Of a DNA stretch of 64,000 nucleotides, positions 63,441 to 64,000 are shown one piece after another. The position numbers and the translations under genes are program-made. The notes under the pieces are model-generated. The model was not told the origin of the DNA. It worked only from the letters and a program-made list of their open reading frames with translations, and did not search any database. This DNA comes from an uncultured cyanobacterium (GTDB lineage: Bacteria; Cyanobacteriota; Cyanobacteriia; Cyanobacteriales; Cyanobacteriaceae), in assembly GCA_963710605.1 (NCBI GenBank), contig CAVQBA010000002.1, positions 32,001 to 96,000 of the forward strand. The letters are read 5' to 3'. Numbering within the stretch: the stretch's first letter is position 1; each line of letters starts with the position of its first letter.

Positions 63441-64000
63441 AATTTTTTAGAAAACTAATAGATTATCAAGGAAATAGCTGAGCGAAATTTGAAATAACAT
63501 CAGAAGTTAGAGTTGTTTTAAATTCGATATTTATAGTTGTAAATTATTTTCAGGAAAAAAATATCTATCTTTAGTTTGATATTGTAATTCCAACTAATCA
63601 ATATCATCAAGACTTTATTGTAGCCTTGGTTTTTTAGATGAAAGATAAATCAATACTATTTGATTAAGTATTCCTCACTAAGCTTAATTTACTAAATCAT
63701 TTATCGTTAGCGAGCATTTAAAATAGCTAACTTTGTTTATTTTTTGTAGTACTTATTAATATTACTAATAAAAAAATTATAAAAGTGATTTAAAAATTAT
63801 AAAAAGTAAATTTTATTTACTGATCTGAAAAAAGTATTTAATTTAAACTAGCTTTTTTATTAATAGTTATAATTAATAATATATTTATTAAAACTAAATA
63901 TATTGTTTTGATGATCAATAATGATGTGATCATACCAGTTATAATTAAGATAGTAATTATTTACTATCTATTGAGCAAATATCTATAATCTTCAGAAATC

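Overview
AT-rich cyanobacterial chromosome segment. Evidence: psaK, bicA-sbtA-sbtB, cruA, DUF4327/DUF2949/DUF2499, very frequent CGATCG and heptameric STRR tracts; the style suggests a Geminocystis/Cyanobacterium-type strain (inference). Housekeeping genes (cruA, upp, iscS, ppk1, nagZ, cobD, hup, purL, trpF, gltA, sixA, glmM, rimP-nusA-ylxR-infB) alternate with small accessory patches. These include an intact tnpB-only IS200/IS605 element, tandem YwqG genes, four pentapeptide-repeat genes, several toxin-antitoxin pairs, a TrmH-type methyltransferase bracketed by a perfect 31-bp inverted REP pair, and NADH-type nirBD. Intergenic DNA is crowded with MITEs, GTAG-REPs and small dispersed repeats, often nested. 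Best candidates for new biology: (1) an ORF-less ~350-bp IS200/IS605 mini-element carrying its own promoter and a TnpB-type omegaRNA, inserted in the loop of the rimP-nusA-infB leader; (2) REP-headed pentapeptide-gene cassettes, one lying between two copies of the iaaA 3' end. Single-base frameshifts in infB, the FdhF/YdeP gene and higA may be assembly errors. No rRNA, tRNA or CRISPR array was recognised. All calls come from reading the sequence by eye; no searches were run.
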